Positions 27,395 to 35,329 of a stretch of DNA of 64,000 nt are shown one piece after another. The DNA is taken from the NCBI GenBank assembly GCA_023245355.1, contig JAHFKN010000003.1, positions 121,368 to 185,367 of the forward strand, in the 5' to 3' direction. Position numbers and translations under genes: made by a program. How positions within the stretch are numbered: the stretch's first letter is position 1; every line of letters begins with the position of its first letter. The notes beneath the pieces are model-generated. The model was not told where the DNA came from and searched no databases. It was given only the letters and a program-made list of their open reading frames with translations. The DNA comes from Candidatus Gottesmanbacteria bacterium (GTDB taxonomy: Bacteria; Patescibacteriota; Microgenomatia; UBA10105; UBA927).

Positions 27395-27958
27395 ATGATA
27401 GATGCACTTCTCAATTCCACCCGTGACCGCATGAGAAAAGCGATAGAGGTCACACGCACGGATATTTCATCAATCCGTTCAGGCAGAGCAACCCCCGCAT
27501 TGGTCGAGAACATCGTCGTTTCGGTATACGGAGGCACCCAGCATCTGAAAGTAATGGAGCTAGCAACCATATCGACGCTCGACAGCAAAACGTTGGTTAT
27601 CGGTCCGTACGACCCGTCCATCATTGCAGAAATCGAACGGGGAATTGCCGCGGCTAACGTAGGGCTCAACCCCATCGTAGACGGGGAGATCCTGCGTATC
27701 AGTATCCCGCCGCTTTCCGAAGAACGCCGGCAGGAATACATCAAGCTCGTGAAAGTGAAGCTGGAAGCCGGGAAAGTTATGGTGCGGCAGGTGCGCCATG
27801 ACGCCATGAAAGAATTGAGCAATGCGTTAAATAGTAAAGATGTCGGCGAAGACGAACAGAAAGCAGGAGAGAAAAAAGTCCAGGAACTGACGGATGAAAT
27901 GATTGCGGAAATAGAAACGATGGGAGAGAAGAAAGAGGCCGAGCTCTTGCAGGTATAA
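27395..27958 (+). CDS. frr: Ribosome recycling factor
   Basis: 187 aa with RRF hallmarks (IRxGRAxPxLLE region, PPLSEERRQ). Confidence 0.85.
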   Translation: MIDALLNSTRDRMRKAIEVTRTDISSIRSGRATPALVENIVVSVYGGTQHLKVMELATISTLDSKTLVIGPYDPSIIAEIERGIAAANVGLNPIVDGEILRISIPPLSEERRQEYIKLVKVKLEAGKVMVRQVRHDAMKELSNALNSKDVGEDEQKAGEKKVQELTDEMIAEIETMGEKKEAELLQV

Positions 27959-27963
27959 CACTC

Positions 27964-29049
27964 ATGATCCTCACTGCCATAACCTTTCTTGTCATACTCA
28001 CTATCCTTGTCCTGATTCACGAATTGGGACATTTTCTCGTGGCGCGGTGGGTCGGCGTTCACGTAGAGGAATTCGGTCTCGGATTGCCGCCACGGATCTG
28101 GGGCAAACAGATAGGGCGGACGCTGTATTCACTCAATTGGCTTCCGATCGGAGGATTCGTCCGGCTGGCGGGAGAAGATGCCGAGGCAGAGGCACAGGAT
28201 ACCGTAAAAGGGCATACGCGTAAAGAATATTTCTGGGCCCGCAGCAAAAAAGAACGGTCAGCAATTCTTATCGCCGGTGTGTTTATGAATTTCGCGCTTG
28301 CGGTAGCCATCACCGCAGGACTTCTGGTTTCCGGGGTTAAAGAACCGTCGGGTAATGTGCGCATCGAGCGTATTGTTGCAGGTTCTCCCGCGGAGAAAGC
28401 CGGCTTTGCGGTAAATGATGTCGTGCGCGGAGTTGCGGTCGGCCGGGAACCGCGTACGGACGTACGGGTGCCGGGTGATCTGATCGGATTTGTCGGAGCG
28501 AATAAAGGACGCGAAATTGTGATTTTTGTCGAGCGGGACGGACAGGAGACGACTGTCACAGCAGTGCCCCGTACGGAAGTTCCTCCGGGAGAAGGGCCGC
28601 TGGGCGTTGCCGTTTCCGATTTGGAACTTAAAAAATATCCGTTAACGGAAGCCCCCGGTAAAGCACTTGCGATAAATATTTCCCGTGCCCGCGATATGCT
28701 CGTTTCTCTGGGAACTACCGTCTGGAGATTGGTAACCCTCCGTCCGCCGCAGGCGGATGTCGCAGGACCCATCGGTATCGCTCAGGTGACCGGCCAGGCA
28801 GTAAAGTTCGGTCTTCAGGCAGTGCTGGAATTTGCCAGCATCCTGTCGTTAAATCTTGCCGTGTTGAACGTGCTTCCTATACCGGCTTTGGACGGGGGGC
28901 GTCTGGCATTTGTATTCCTGGAAAAACTGCTCGGGAAAAAAGTGCGTCCCGCGTTTGAGAAATCCACCCATCAGGTGGGCATGATTATCCTGCTGGCCCT
29001 CGTGCTTCTTGTGTCTATAAATGACATTCTCCGCCTTGTCCGTGGCTAA
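27964..29049 (+). CDS. rseP: Site-2 protease, M50 family (RseP-like) with PDZ domain
   Basis: HELGHFLVAR (HExxH in TM1), PDZ-like GSPAEKAGFAVNDVV, and C-terminal LNLAVLNVLPIPALDGG (LDG motif). Confidence 0.75.
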   Translation: MILTAITFLVILTILVLIHELGHFLVARWVGVHVEEFGLGLPPRIWGKQIGRTLYSLNWLPIGGFVRLAGEDAEAEAQDTVKGHTRKEYFWARSKKERSAILIAGVFMNFALAVAITAGLLVSGVKEPSGNVRIERIVAGSPAEKAGFAVNDVVRGVAVGREPRTDVRVPGDLIGFVGANKGREIVIFVERDGQETTVTAVPRTEVPPGEGPLGVAVSDLELKKYPLTEAPGKALAINISRARDMLVSLGTTVWRLVTLRPPQADVAGPIGIAQVTGQAVKFGLQAVLEFASILSLNLAVLNVLPIPALDGGRLAFVFLEKLLGKKVRPAFEKSTHQVGMIILLALVLLVSINDILRLVRG

Positions 29050-29108
29050 TGTGTGACATATTACGATGCTATTGACAGCATCACTTGTGTTCCCGTACTG
29101 TAATAGTA

Positions 29109-30041
29109 ATGAATAAAATCGTGGATTACCTGACATGGGGGTTTATCGCGCTTTTTGCCGCTCCTACCGTGCTTATTATGGCTTCATGGAGCAGTTTGCC
29201 GGGTACCCCGATGTTCGGAGTAAAGCGTACGTTTGAGCAGGGCCTTTTGCTGGCCGTGCGGCCGTCGTATGAGACGGAGGCTTCTCTGAATGCGCAGTTT
29301 ACAAAACGCCGGATGGAGGAAGCGAAAGTGCTGCTTGCGAAAAATCAGTCAGCAGAAGGTTTGTCATATCTTTCAGCGCAGATTAAAGCGACCAGGACCA
29401 TGATCCAACGTGCGCCTACGCAGGAAAAAAAGCGGGAAGCCGCTAAAAATTACATCACGACGCTCCAGGGTGTGTCAAAAGAGCTGAAGGCGCAGCAGAC
29501 TAAATCCAGCCGTGTCGCGGTAAAAACAGCACCGAGAGCGGGCAGGACAGCGGGAACGAGCCAGCAACAGCTGCAGCAGCAGCTGGCGCAGCAGTTAGCG
29601 GAGGTGGAACAAATGCAGGCTCAACTCCGGTCGCAGCTGCAGCAGCCCCAAACGCAGCAACTGATTGCCCAGCTGGCGCAGCAGCAACAGCAGCTTCAAC
29701 AATTGCAGTCGCAGCTGCAGCAGCCGCAGCAGCAACAGCAGGTGGCAGCAGCACTGGAGCAACAGATTCAGCAGAGTGAAACGATTCAGGCGCAGGTGGA
29801 CCAGGTTGCGCCTCCGGTAGATGATGCCGTAAATACTATGCAGGAAGAAATTGATAACACTATCACTGATTTGGAAACGCTGTCGGATACACCTCCGGAA
29901 AGTATCACACCGACAGAAACACCGGTCCCGACGGTTGAACCGACAGCTGAGCCGACGGAAGCTCCGACTAGTACTCCCGTTGATAATTCCCATAATAACA
30001 ACGGGAATGGCAACGGGAACGGGGATGACGATAAAAAATAA
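29109..30041 (+). CDS. Membrane-anchored hypothetical protein with Q-rich coiled coil and NGNG tail
   Basis: N-terminal TM, CAG/CAA-rich tract (29560-29760) encoding QQQLQQQLAQQ..., and C-terminal NGNGNGNGDDDKK. Start set to ATG 29109. Confidence 0.45.
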   Translation: MNKIVDYLTWGFIALFAAPTVLIMASWSSLPGTPMFGVKRTFEQGLLLAVRPSYETEASLNAQFTKRRMEEAKVLLAKNQSAEGLSYLSAQIKATRTMIQRAPTQEKKREAAKNYITTLQGVSKELKAQQTKSSRVAVKTAPRAGRTAGTSQQQLQQQLAQQLAEVEQMQAQLRSQLQQPQTQQLIAQLAQQQQQLQQLQSQLQQPQQQQQVAAALEQQIQQSETIQAQVDQVAPPVDDAVNTMQEEIDNTITDLETLSDTPPESITPTETPVPTVEPTAEPTEAPTSTPVDNSHNNNGNGNGNGDDDKK

Positions 30042-30065
30042 ATAGGGAGTGGGTTGTATGGTTCA

Positions 30066-30250
30066 TTGACCGCTTAACAACCCCGTGTTACTATAGGTAT
30101 AGAAACGCGTTCCGAGATCCGACCGGAACAAAGCGGCTCCGCTAAGAACGGGGACGAAAAAAGCACGTAACGCTCATAATTAAGAAGTAAGTAAGGTGGT
30201 ACCGTCCCGATCATATCGGGGCCCTTACACGGGAACGGTACCTTTTTTTG
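30066..30250 (+). promoter_or_regulatory. T-box riboswitch leader candidate, with promoter, upstream of csaA-proS
   Basis: TTGACC-17-TACTAT promoter (30066-30094). Stem-loop GUUCCG-AGAUCCGAC-CGGAAC with a candidate Pro specifier CCG. AAGUAAGGUGGUACCG (30187-30205) matches the T-box consensus AAUUAGGGUGGUACCG. The terminator GGUACCGUCCCG...CGGGAACGGUACC plus U7 (30197-30249) lies immediately before the csaA RBS. Confidence 0.5.
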
Positions 30251-30271
30251 TGGCATTCGAAAGGAGATTTT

Positions 30272-30607
30272 ATGGCGATATATGATAATTTCGCGGCATT
30301 GGATATACGCGTAGGCGTTATCACTGCAGTTGATGATTTTCCGGAGGCCCGTAAACCCGCCTATAAACTTACGATCGATTTCGGCAGCGAAATAGGTGAA
30401 AAGAAATCCAGCGCACAACTGGTGAAATATTATAAAAAAACCGAGCTGGTCGGAAAAAAAGTGCTGGGTGTGGTAAATTTTCCGGTACGGCAGATCGGGC
30501 CATTTATGTCTGAGGTGCTCACGCTTGGTGTTCCGGACGCGGATCACGAGTGCGTCTTGATTGTTCCTGATAAAGGTGATGCAATAGTCGGAGGAAAGCT
30601 TTTTTAA
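30272..30607 (+). CDS. csaA: tRNA-binding protein (CsaA/Trbp111 OB-fold domain)
   Basis: 111 aa, IYDNFAALDIRVGVI...KLTIDFG...KVLGVVNF is typical of the CsaA/EMAP tRNA-binding domain. AAGGAG RBS. The ORF-track start at 30248 is over-extended. Confidence 0.6.
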   Translation: MAIYDNFAALDIRVGVITAVDDFPEARKPAYKLTIDFGSEIGEKKSSAQLVKYYKKTELVGKKVLGVVNFPVRQIGPFMSEVLTLGVPDADHECVLIVPDKGDAIVGGKLF

Positions 30608-30613
30608 TAACCT

Positions 30614-32062
30614 ATGAATAAACAATTCGAAAAAAAAGAACTGAAGAAAAAAAGTGAAAATTTGTCTGATTGGTATACCGATGTGGTGCTCAAAGCCGCA
30701 ATTGCGGATTACGCGCCGGTAAAAGGCTGTATGGTTATCCGTCCGTACGGATATGCACTTTGGGAAGCAGTGCAGGACGCCTTAAACCGTATGATGCGCT
30801 CGGCCGGGATTGAGAATGCATACTTTCCGCTGTTTATCCCGCATTCGCTGCTGGAAAAAGAAAAGCAGCATGTTGCCGGATTTTCTCCGGAATTGGCAAT
30901 TGTCACAATCGGCGGAGGAGAGAAGCTCAAAGATCCTCTGGTTGTCCGTCCGACAAGCGAGACCATCATGTACGATATGTATTCCAAATGGGTGCATAGC
31001 TGGCGCGATCTTCCCGTGCTTATCAATCAGTGGAACAACGTCGTCCGGTGGGAAAAGCGGACGTATTTGTTTCTGCGTACGACGGAGTTTCTGTGGCAGG
31101 AGGGGCATACTGCGCATGAAACAGAGGAAGAAGCGATGGAAATGGTTATGAAAGCCCTCAACTGGTACCGCCAGATTTACGAGGATTATTTTGCCGTACC
31201 CGTCGTTATGGGGAAAAAGAGCGAATCCGAAAAGTTTGCAGGTGCCAAAACAACGTTTACCGTGGAAGCGCTCATGCCGGACGGGAAAGCACTGCAGGGA
31301 GGCACGAGTCATAATTTGGGCCAGAATTTTTCCAAATCGTTTGACATATCGTTTCAGACGCGCGACGGGAAATCTGAATTCGTCTGGCAGACGTCGTTCG
31401 GATTTTCTACCCGCAGTTTGGGCGGTTTGTTTCTGACCCACGGAGATGACAGCGGGCTCGTGCTGCCTCCGAAGATTGCGTCTATCCAGGTGGTGATCAT
31501 ACCTATTTTCAGAGGCGATGACGGGCAGGAAGCGCTGCTGGAGTATTGCGGCGAGGTCCGTGATGCATTGGTAGGACAAGGGATCCGCGCGCGGCTGGAC
31601 AACCGGGACAGTCAGTCAGTCGGCAGGAAGTTTAATGAATGGGAAGTCAAGGGAGTGCCGGTCCGCCTGGAAGTCGGGCGCAAAGAAATGGAAGACCGCG
31701 CCGTTACCATGGCGCGTCGGGACACAGGAGAAAAAGTGCTGGTCGAGCGCAAGGAAATGCTCCCGAAGATAGAAAAGTTGTTAGAGGATATTCAGACATC
31801 GCTGTATGAAACGGCGTTAAAGCACATGAACGATAATACGCGGGATGTGAGTACGTTTGCCGAATTTGAGGATATCATGAAAACTACCCGCGGATTTATC
31901 CGTGCGTTCTGGTGTGAAGAAGCATCCTGTGAGGCTAGGATAAAAGAAGCGACAAAAGCTGCCACCCGGTGTCTTCCGCTCGGGGCGGCAGAGGAGAATG
32001 GTGTGTGTGTCCATTGCGGTAAACCGGCTACCCACAGGTGGTTATTCGGTCAATCATATTAA
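30614..32062 (+). CDS. proS: Prolyl-tRNA synthetase, archaeal/eukaryotic-type
   Basis: Class II motifs, no INS editing domain, C-terminal Zn-binding extension ending ...ATHRWLFGQSY (terminal Tyr), 482 aa. Confidence 0.8.
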   Translation: MNKQFEKKELKKKSENLSDWYTDVVLKAAIADYAPVKGCMVIRPYGYALWEAVQDALNRMMRSAGIENAYFPLFIPHSLLEKEKQHVAGFSPELAIVTIGGGEKLKDPLVVRPTSETIMYDMYSKWVHSWRDLPVLINQWNNVVRWEKRTYLFLRTTEFLWQEGHTAHETEEEAMEMVMKALNWYRQIYEDYFAVPVVMGKKSESEKFAGAKTTFTVEALMPDGKALQGGTSHNLGQNFSKSFDISFQTRDGKSEFVWQTSFGFSTRSLGGLFLTHGDDSGLVLPPKIASIQVVIIPIFRGDDGQEALLEYCGEVRDALVGQGIRARLDNRDSQSVGRKFNEWEVKGVPVRLEVGRKEMEDRAVTMARRDTGEKVLVERKEMLPKIEKLLEDIQTSLYETALKHMNDNTRDVSTFAEFEDIMKTTRGFIRAFWCEEASCEARIKEATKAATRCLPLGAAEENGVCVHCGKPATHRWLFGQSY

Positions 32063-32067
32063 TTACC

Positions 32068-32553
32068 ATGTCTGAACTGGGAGAATTCAAAAAGCAGACA
32101 TTGGGAGAACGGTTCCGTGCACGGATGGAATATACGTTTCACCCGACAGGTCCGATTTCCAAAGAAGTAACCCGGCAGATTACGAAAATTCAGTCGGTTA
32201 TCCCATACGGCAGTGCGTGGGAAGCGTTCGAAAAGGCCAAAAGCGAAGCGCCCCAAAAGCTGCAGGCTACTGATGAGGCGTTCCGCAAGGAATCGTATTG
32301 GCATAATCTCACTAAATTGGTGAAACTCTTTTTCTACGCTCCTATTGTCGTGCTGATGGACGGAGGAAGTCCCGCCTCGAAAGAGCGGAAAAAAATCAGG
32401 AAAGCTGCAAAGGAATGGAAAAACTATTTTTCTCATTCTCCGGAGGGGAAGCGGGCTATCGCCTCATTCAACGGGAAAACAGATACCCACAAACGTATTG
32501 ACGGCATCGTAGCGCGCATAGCTTCGGGGCAGCTGCCTGAAGGCACCCGGTAA
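32068..32553 (+). CDS. Hypothetical protein
   Basis: 161 aa from ATG 32068 (MSELGEFKKQ...). No recognised domain. Confidence 0.4.
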   Translation: MSELGEFKKQTLGERFRARMEYTFHPTGPISKEVTRQITKIQSVIPYGSAWEAFEKAKSEAPQKLQATDEAFRKESYWHNLTKLVKLFFYAPIVVLMDGGSPASKERKKIRKAAKEWKNYFSHSPEGKRAIASFNGKTDTHKRIDGIVARIASGQLPEGTR

Positions 32554-32973
32554 GACGTTATCCCCGGCTGACCGTGAGAATTCCGTATGTCCGTATATAC
32601 GCCGGCAACGGAATATGCGTGTGCCGTGTGTCATCGGGTGTGCGCACTTTTTTCCCCAGCGGGTAAATTTCAACCTCCGTTGTCGGTCCGAATACCCCTC
32701 CGTTTGCACGGATTCTCATGGGAGTGTCCGGCTGAAATCGTGTCCCGATGCTCATCCAAGGGGTGGTATCCGGAGGCTGAGCACTCCGCCTGCTTAAACG
32801 GGGAGAAATAGGCTGACCTTCGAGTCTGTAGCCGAACAACTGACCCAGGATACTTACCCGTGCCTCTATAGGAACAGTGTGTGACATACGAGGGGTACTA
32901 TAATCCTATAGTTAGTTCCTGTCAATGAATATATGCCTTCAGAACGGAGCATATAATCTGGTATACTAGATGC

Positions 32974-33804
32974 ATGAAAACCATTGTCGCGCATATTGGT
33001 CCGGATCTCGATGCAATTACCAGTGTATGGCTTATCAAAACGTTTTGGCCGGGGTGGGAGGAAGCAAGTCTGGCGTTTGTGCCGGCAGGAACGACACTAC
33101 ATAAGATGGTGCCTGACAGTGACCCGGAAATTATCCACGTCGATACGGGATTCGGGAAATATGACCATCACCAGACGGATGCGGATATCTGCGCAGCCAT
33201 GCTGGTCTATGCGGAAGTGAAAAAACTTCATGGGTCAGATCCTGCACTGGAACGCATGATGGCCGTGATTAACGATGTTGATCATTTCCGCGAAGTATAT
33301 TACCCCAATGCATCGGCTGATTACTGGGAATTCTGGATGGTCGCGATGATAGACGGATGGCGGTTGATTCATGCGGATAATCCCATGAAGATCATGGAAC
33401 TCGGATTCCAGTCTCTCGACGGTATTTATAAAGTGATGCTGAACAAAATCTGGGCGGAAAAAGAACTTGATCATGCCGTGGAATTTACAACCCGGTGGGG
33501 AAAAGGCATCGGATTTGAGACGGTAAACGATGAAGTGATTCATCAGGCGCAAAAACGCGGATTTGCCCTGGTTATCCGTAAGGATGCGAAAAAAGGGTAC
33601 GTCCGTATCAAATCGTTGCCCGACGAAACTATCGATCTTACCCCGCTGTATGAGCGTCTGAAACGCGATGAGCCGGACGCGACATGGTTTTTGCATGCTT
33701 CACGCCATATGGTGTTAAACGGAAGCGCCAAAAATCCCGATATGAAGCCCTCTAAGCGGACACTCATCCAGTTAATCGACGTTATGAAAGAGGTGTGCGC
33801 ATGA
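32974..33804 (+). CDS. DHH-family phosphoesterase (NrnA-like nanoRNase/pAp phosphatase candidate)
   Basis: Motif I AHIGPDLDAITS (H..PD.DA..S), motif III KYDHHQ (DHH). Confidence 0.55.
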   Translation: MKTIVAHIGPDLDAITSVWLIKTFWPGWEEASLAFVPAGTTLHKMVPDSDPEIIHVDTGFGKYDHHQTDADICAAMLVYAEVKKLHGSDPALERMMAVINDVDHFREVYYPNASADYWEFWMVAMIDGWRLIHADNPMKIMELGFQSLDGIYKVMLNKIWAEKELDHAVEFTTRWGKGIGFETVNDEVIHQAQKRGFALVIRKDAKKGYVRIKSLPDETIDLTPLYERLKRDEPDATWFLHASRHMVLNGSAKNPDMKPSKRTLIQLIDVMKEVCA

Positions 33805-34217
33805 ACGGGTGCCTGTTTTGTAAACTGGTAGCAAACGAAATTCCTTCGTTTACGGTATACGAAGACGAACATGTCCGGGCGTTTCTGGATATTTACGGGG
33901 CGACGGACGGACATACTATGGTGATCCTTAAGAAGCACGGGGACACGATATTATCCTATACATCTTCCGAACTCGGGGTATTGTGGGCAGGCGTGCAGAA
34001 AGTAGCGTCCGCGATAGAAAAAGCATTTGACACCCAAATTCTATCCATCGGTATTAACCACGGAGAGCCGCAGGGAGTGCGGCATCTCCATGTTCATATT
34101 ATGCCTCGCTTTGACGGGGACGGAGGTGGTATAATGCAGTCACTTCCCGGTAAAAAACTGTCGAATAAAGATTTCACAGAAGTGGCAAGGAAGATACAAT
34201 CACACATTGGAAAGTGA
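33795..34217 (+). CDS. HIT-family (histidine triad) nucleotide hydrolase/transferase
   Basis: HLHVHIMPR histidine triad. 140 aa. Confidence 0.7.
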   Translation: MRMNGCLFCKLVANEIPSFTVYEDEHVRAFLDIYGATDGHTMVILKKHGDTILSYTSSELGVLWAGVQKVASAIEKAFDTQILSIGINHGEPQGVRHLHVHIMPRFDGDGGGIMQSLPGKKLSNKDFTEVARKIQSHIGK

Positions 34218-34232
34218 GGTGTTTTTATTTAT

Positions 34233-34430
34233 ATGGTATTTGTCAAAGCACAACCAGGCGATACATCAGATGCATTGATCCGTAAATTTATGCGCAAAGT
34301 CTTAAATGAAGGGATTTTGCAGGATCTTAAAAAGCGTGAACATTACATCAAACCGGCGGAAAAGCGCAAAGAACAGAAAAAGGAACTTGCGCGCCGCATG
34401 AAGAGAAACCGCAAATTGGCGATGCGGTAA
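34233..34430 (+). CDS. rpsU: 30S ribosomal protein S21
   Basis: 65 aa, basic, with EHYIKPAEKRK...RRMKRNRK matching the S21 consensus. Confidence 0.8.
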   Translation: MVFVKAQPGDTSDALIRKFMRKVLNEGILQDLKKREHYIKPAEKRKEQKKELARRMKRNRKLAMR

Positions 34431-34439
34431 TATACGGGT

Positions 34440-34886
34440 ATGTTACTTGATGATTTACACGCGCAGCTTACTGCTGCCATGAAAGCCCATGATACCGTTA
34501 CGGTGGATACCGTACGGTTTTTGTTGGCTGCCGTAAACTATGTTGCTATAGCCAAATACGGCGCTCAGGGTGACGCCAAAGTGACCGATGAGGACGTGTT
34601 GGATGTGGTCAAGAAGCAGGTGAAAACGCACCGTGAATCCATTGATGCGTTTACCAAAGCGGGACGCACGGAATTGGCGCAAAACGAACGCGCACAACTG
34701 GAGGTTCTGGAAAAGTATCTTCCCAGTCAGATAAGCGATGAGGAACTTTCGAAACTGCTGGAACCGGTAGCTGCTGCCGGCGGAGATTTCGGGCCATTGA
34801 TGGGCCGCGCTATGGCAGCGGCCAAGGGGCAAGCTGACGGCGGACGCGTATCTATCATGCTCAAGCAACTGCTGTCTTCCAAATAA
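34440..34886 (+). CDS. yqeY: GatB/YqeY domain protein
   Basis: LEKYLPSQISDEEL and MGRAMAAAKGQADGGRVSIMLKQLL match the YqeY family. Conserved rpsU-yqeY linkage. Confidence 0.7.
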   Translation: MLLDDLHAQLTAAMKAHDTVTVDTVRFLLAAVNYVAIAKYGAQGDAKVTDEDVLDVVKKQVKTHRESIDAFTKAGRTELAQNERAQLEVLEKYLPSQISDEELSKLLEPVAAAGGDFGPLMGRAMAAAKGQADGGRVSIMLKQLLSSK

Positions 34887-34915
34887 TACCGGATTGGTAT
34901 ATTGTACACACAGAA

Positions 34916-35311
34916 ATGATATCCGTTCTTTTTCAGACTGAGTCCCATTTTCCGGTCAAAAAATCCGTAGTTACAGAAGCGATCATACAGGCGCTTCTCG
35001 GCAGGGTAACGAGTGCCGCCGAAGTGAGCGTGACCGTTGTCGGAGACAGACGCATGCGCGAGCTCAATGCCGGTTACCGCAAGAAAGACTACACGACGGA
35101 CGTACTCTCATTCCCGCAGCATGACGCGAGTCAGCCCATGCAGCCGTTCGTTGATGCTCCCGACGGTGTTATGCGGTTAGGCGACATTGTCGTTTCCTAT
35201 CCCGAAGCCGTCCGCGAAGCGACGGAAGAAAATAAATTAGTTGATGAGAAGATAGTAGAATTGGTGCTTCACGGATTGGAACACCTTTTGGGTAACCATC
35301 ACGAAGAGTAG
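34916..35311 (+). CDS. ybeY: rRNA maturation endoribonuclease YbeY
   Basis: HGLEHLLGNHHE (H3xH5xH zinc motif). 131 aa. Confidence 0.7.
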   Translation: MISVLFQTESHFPVKKSVVTEAIIQALLGRVTSAAEVSVTVVGDRRMRELNAGYRKKDYTTDVLSFPQHDASQPMQPFVDAPDGVMRLGDIVVSYPEAVREATEENKLVDEKIVELVLHGLEHLLGNHHEE

Positions 35312-35329
35312 TGTCATATAGATTTATAT

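Noticed and set aside
27391-28062. 223-aa minus-strand ORF overlapping frr
   Set aside because: Antisense to frr, a highly conserved gene with clear motifs. The Ser/Cys-rich composition is junk.
32587-32811. 74-aa Cys-rich ORF (CAVCHRVC) in the 420-nt noncoding block, as a possible zinc-ribbon microprotein
   Set aside because: No RBS, no second CxxC pair at an appropriate spacing, overlaps equally long ORFs in other frames. Probably spurious.
32554-32973. Attempted identification as RNase P RNA, tmRNA, SRP RNA or 6S RNA
   Set aside because: None of the universal cores could be found on either strand: GGAAAGUCCGGGCUCC/ACAGAACCCGGCUUA for RNase P; the tRNA-like GGUUCNAAUCC...CCA end and tag-peptide ORF for tmRNA; the GGAAGCAGCC domain IV for SRP. 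The region is kept only as an unexplained noncoding block.
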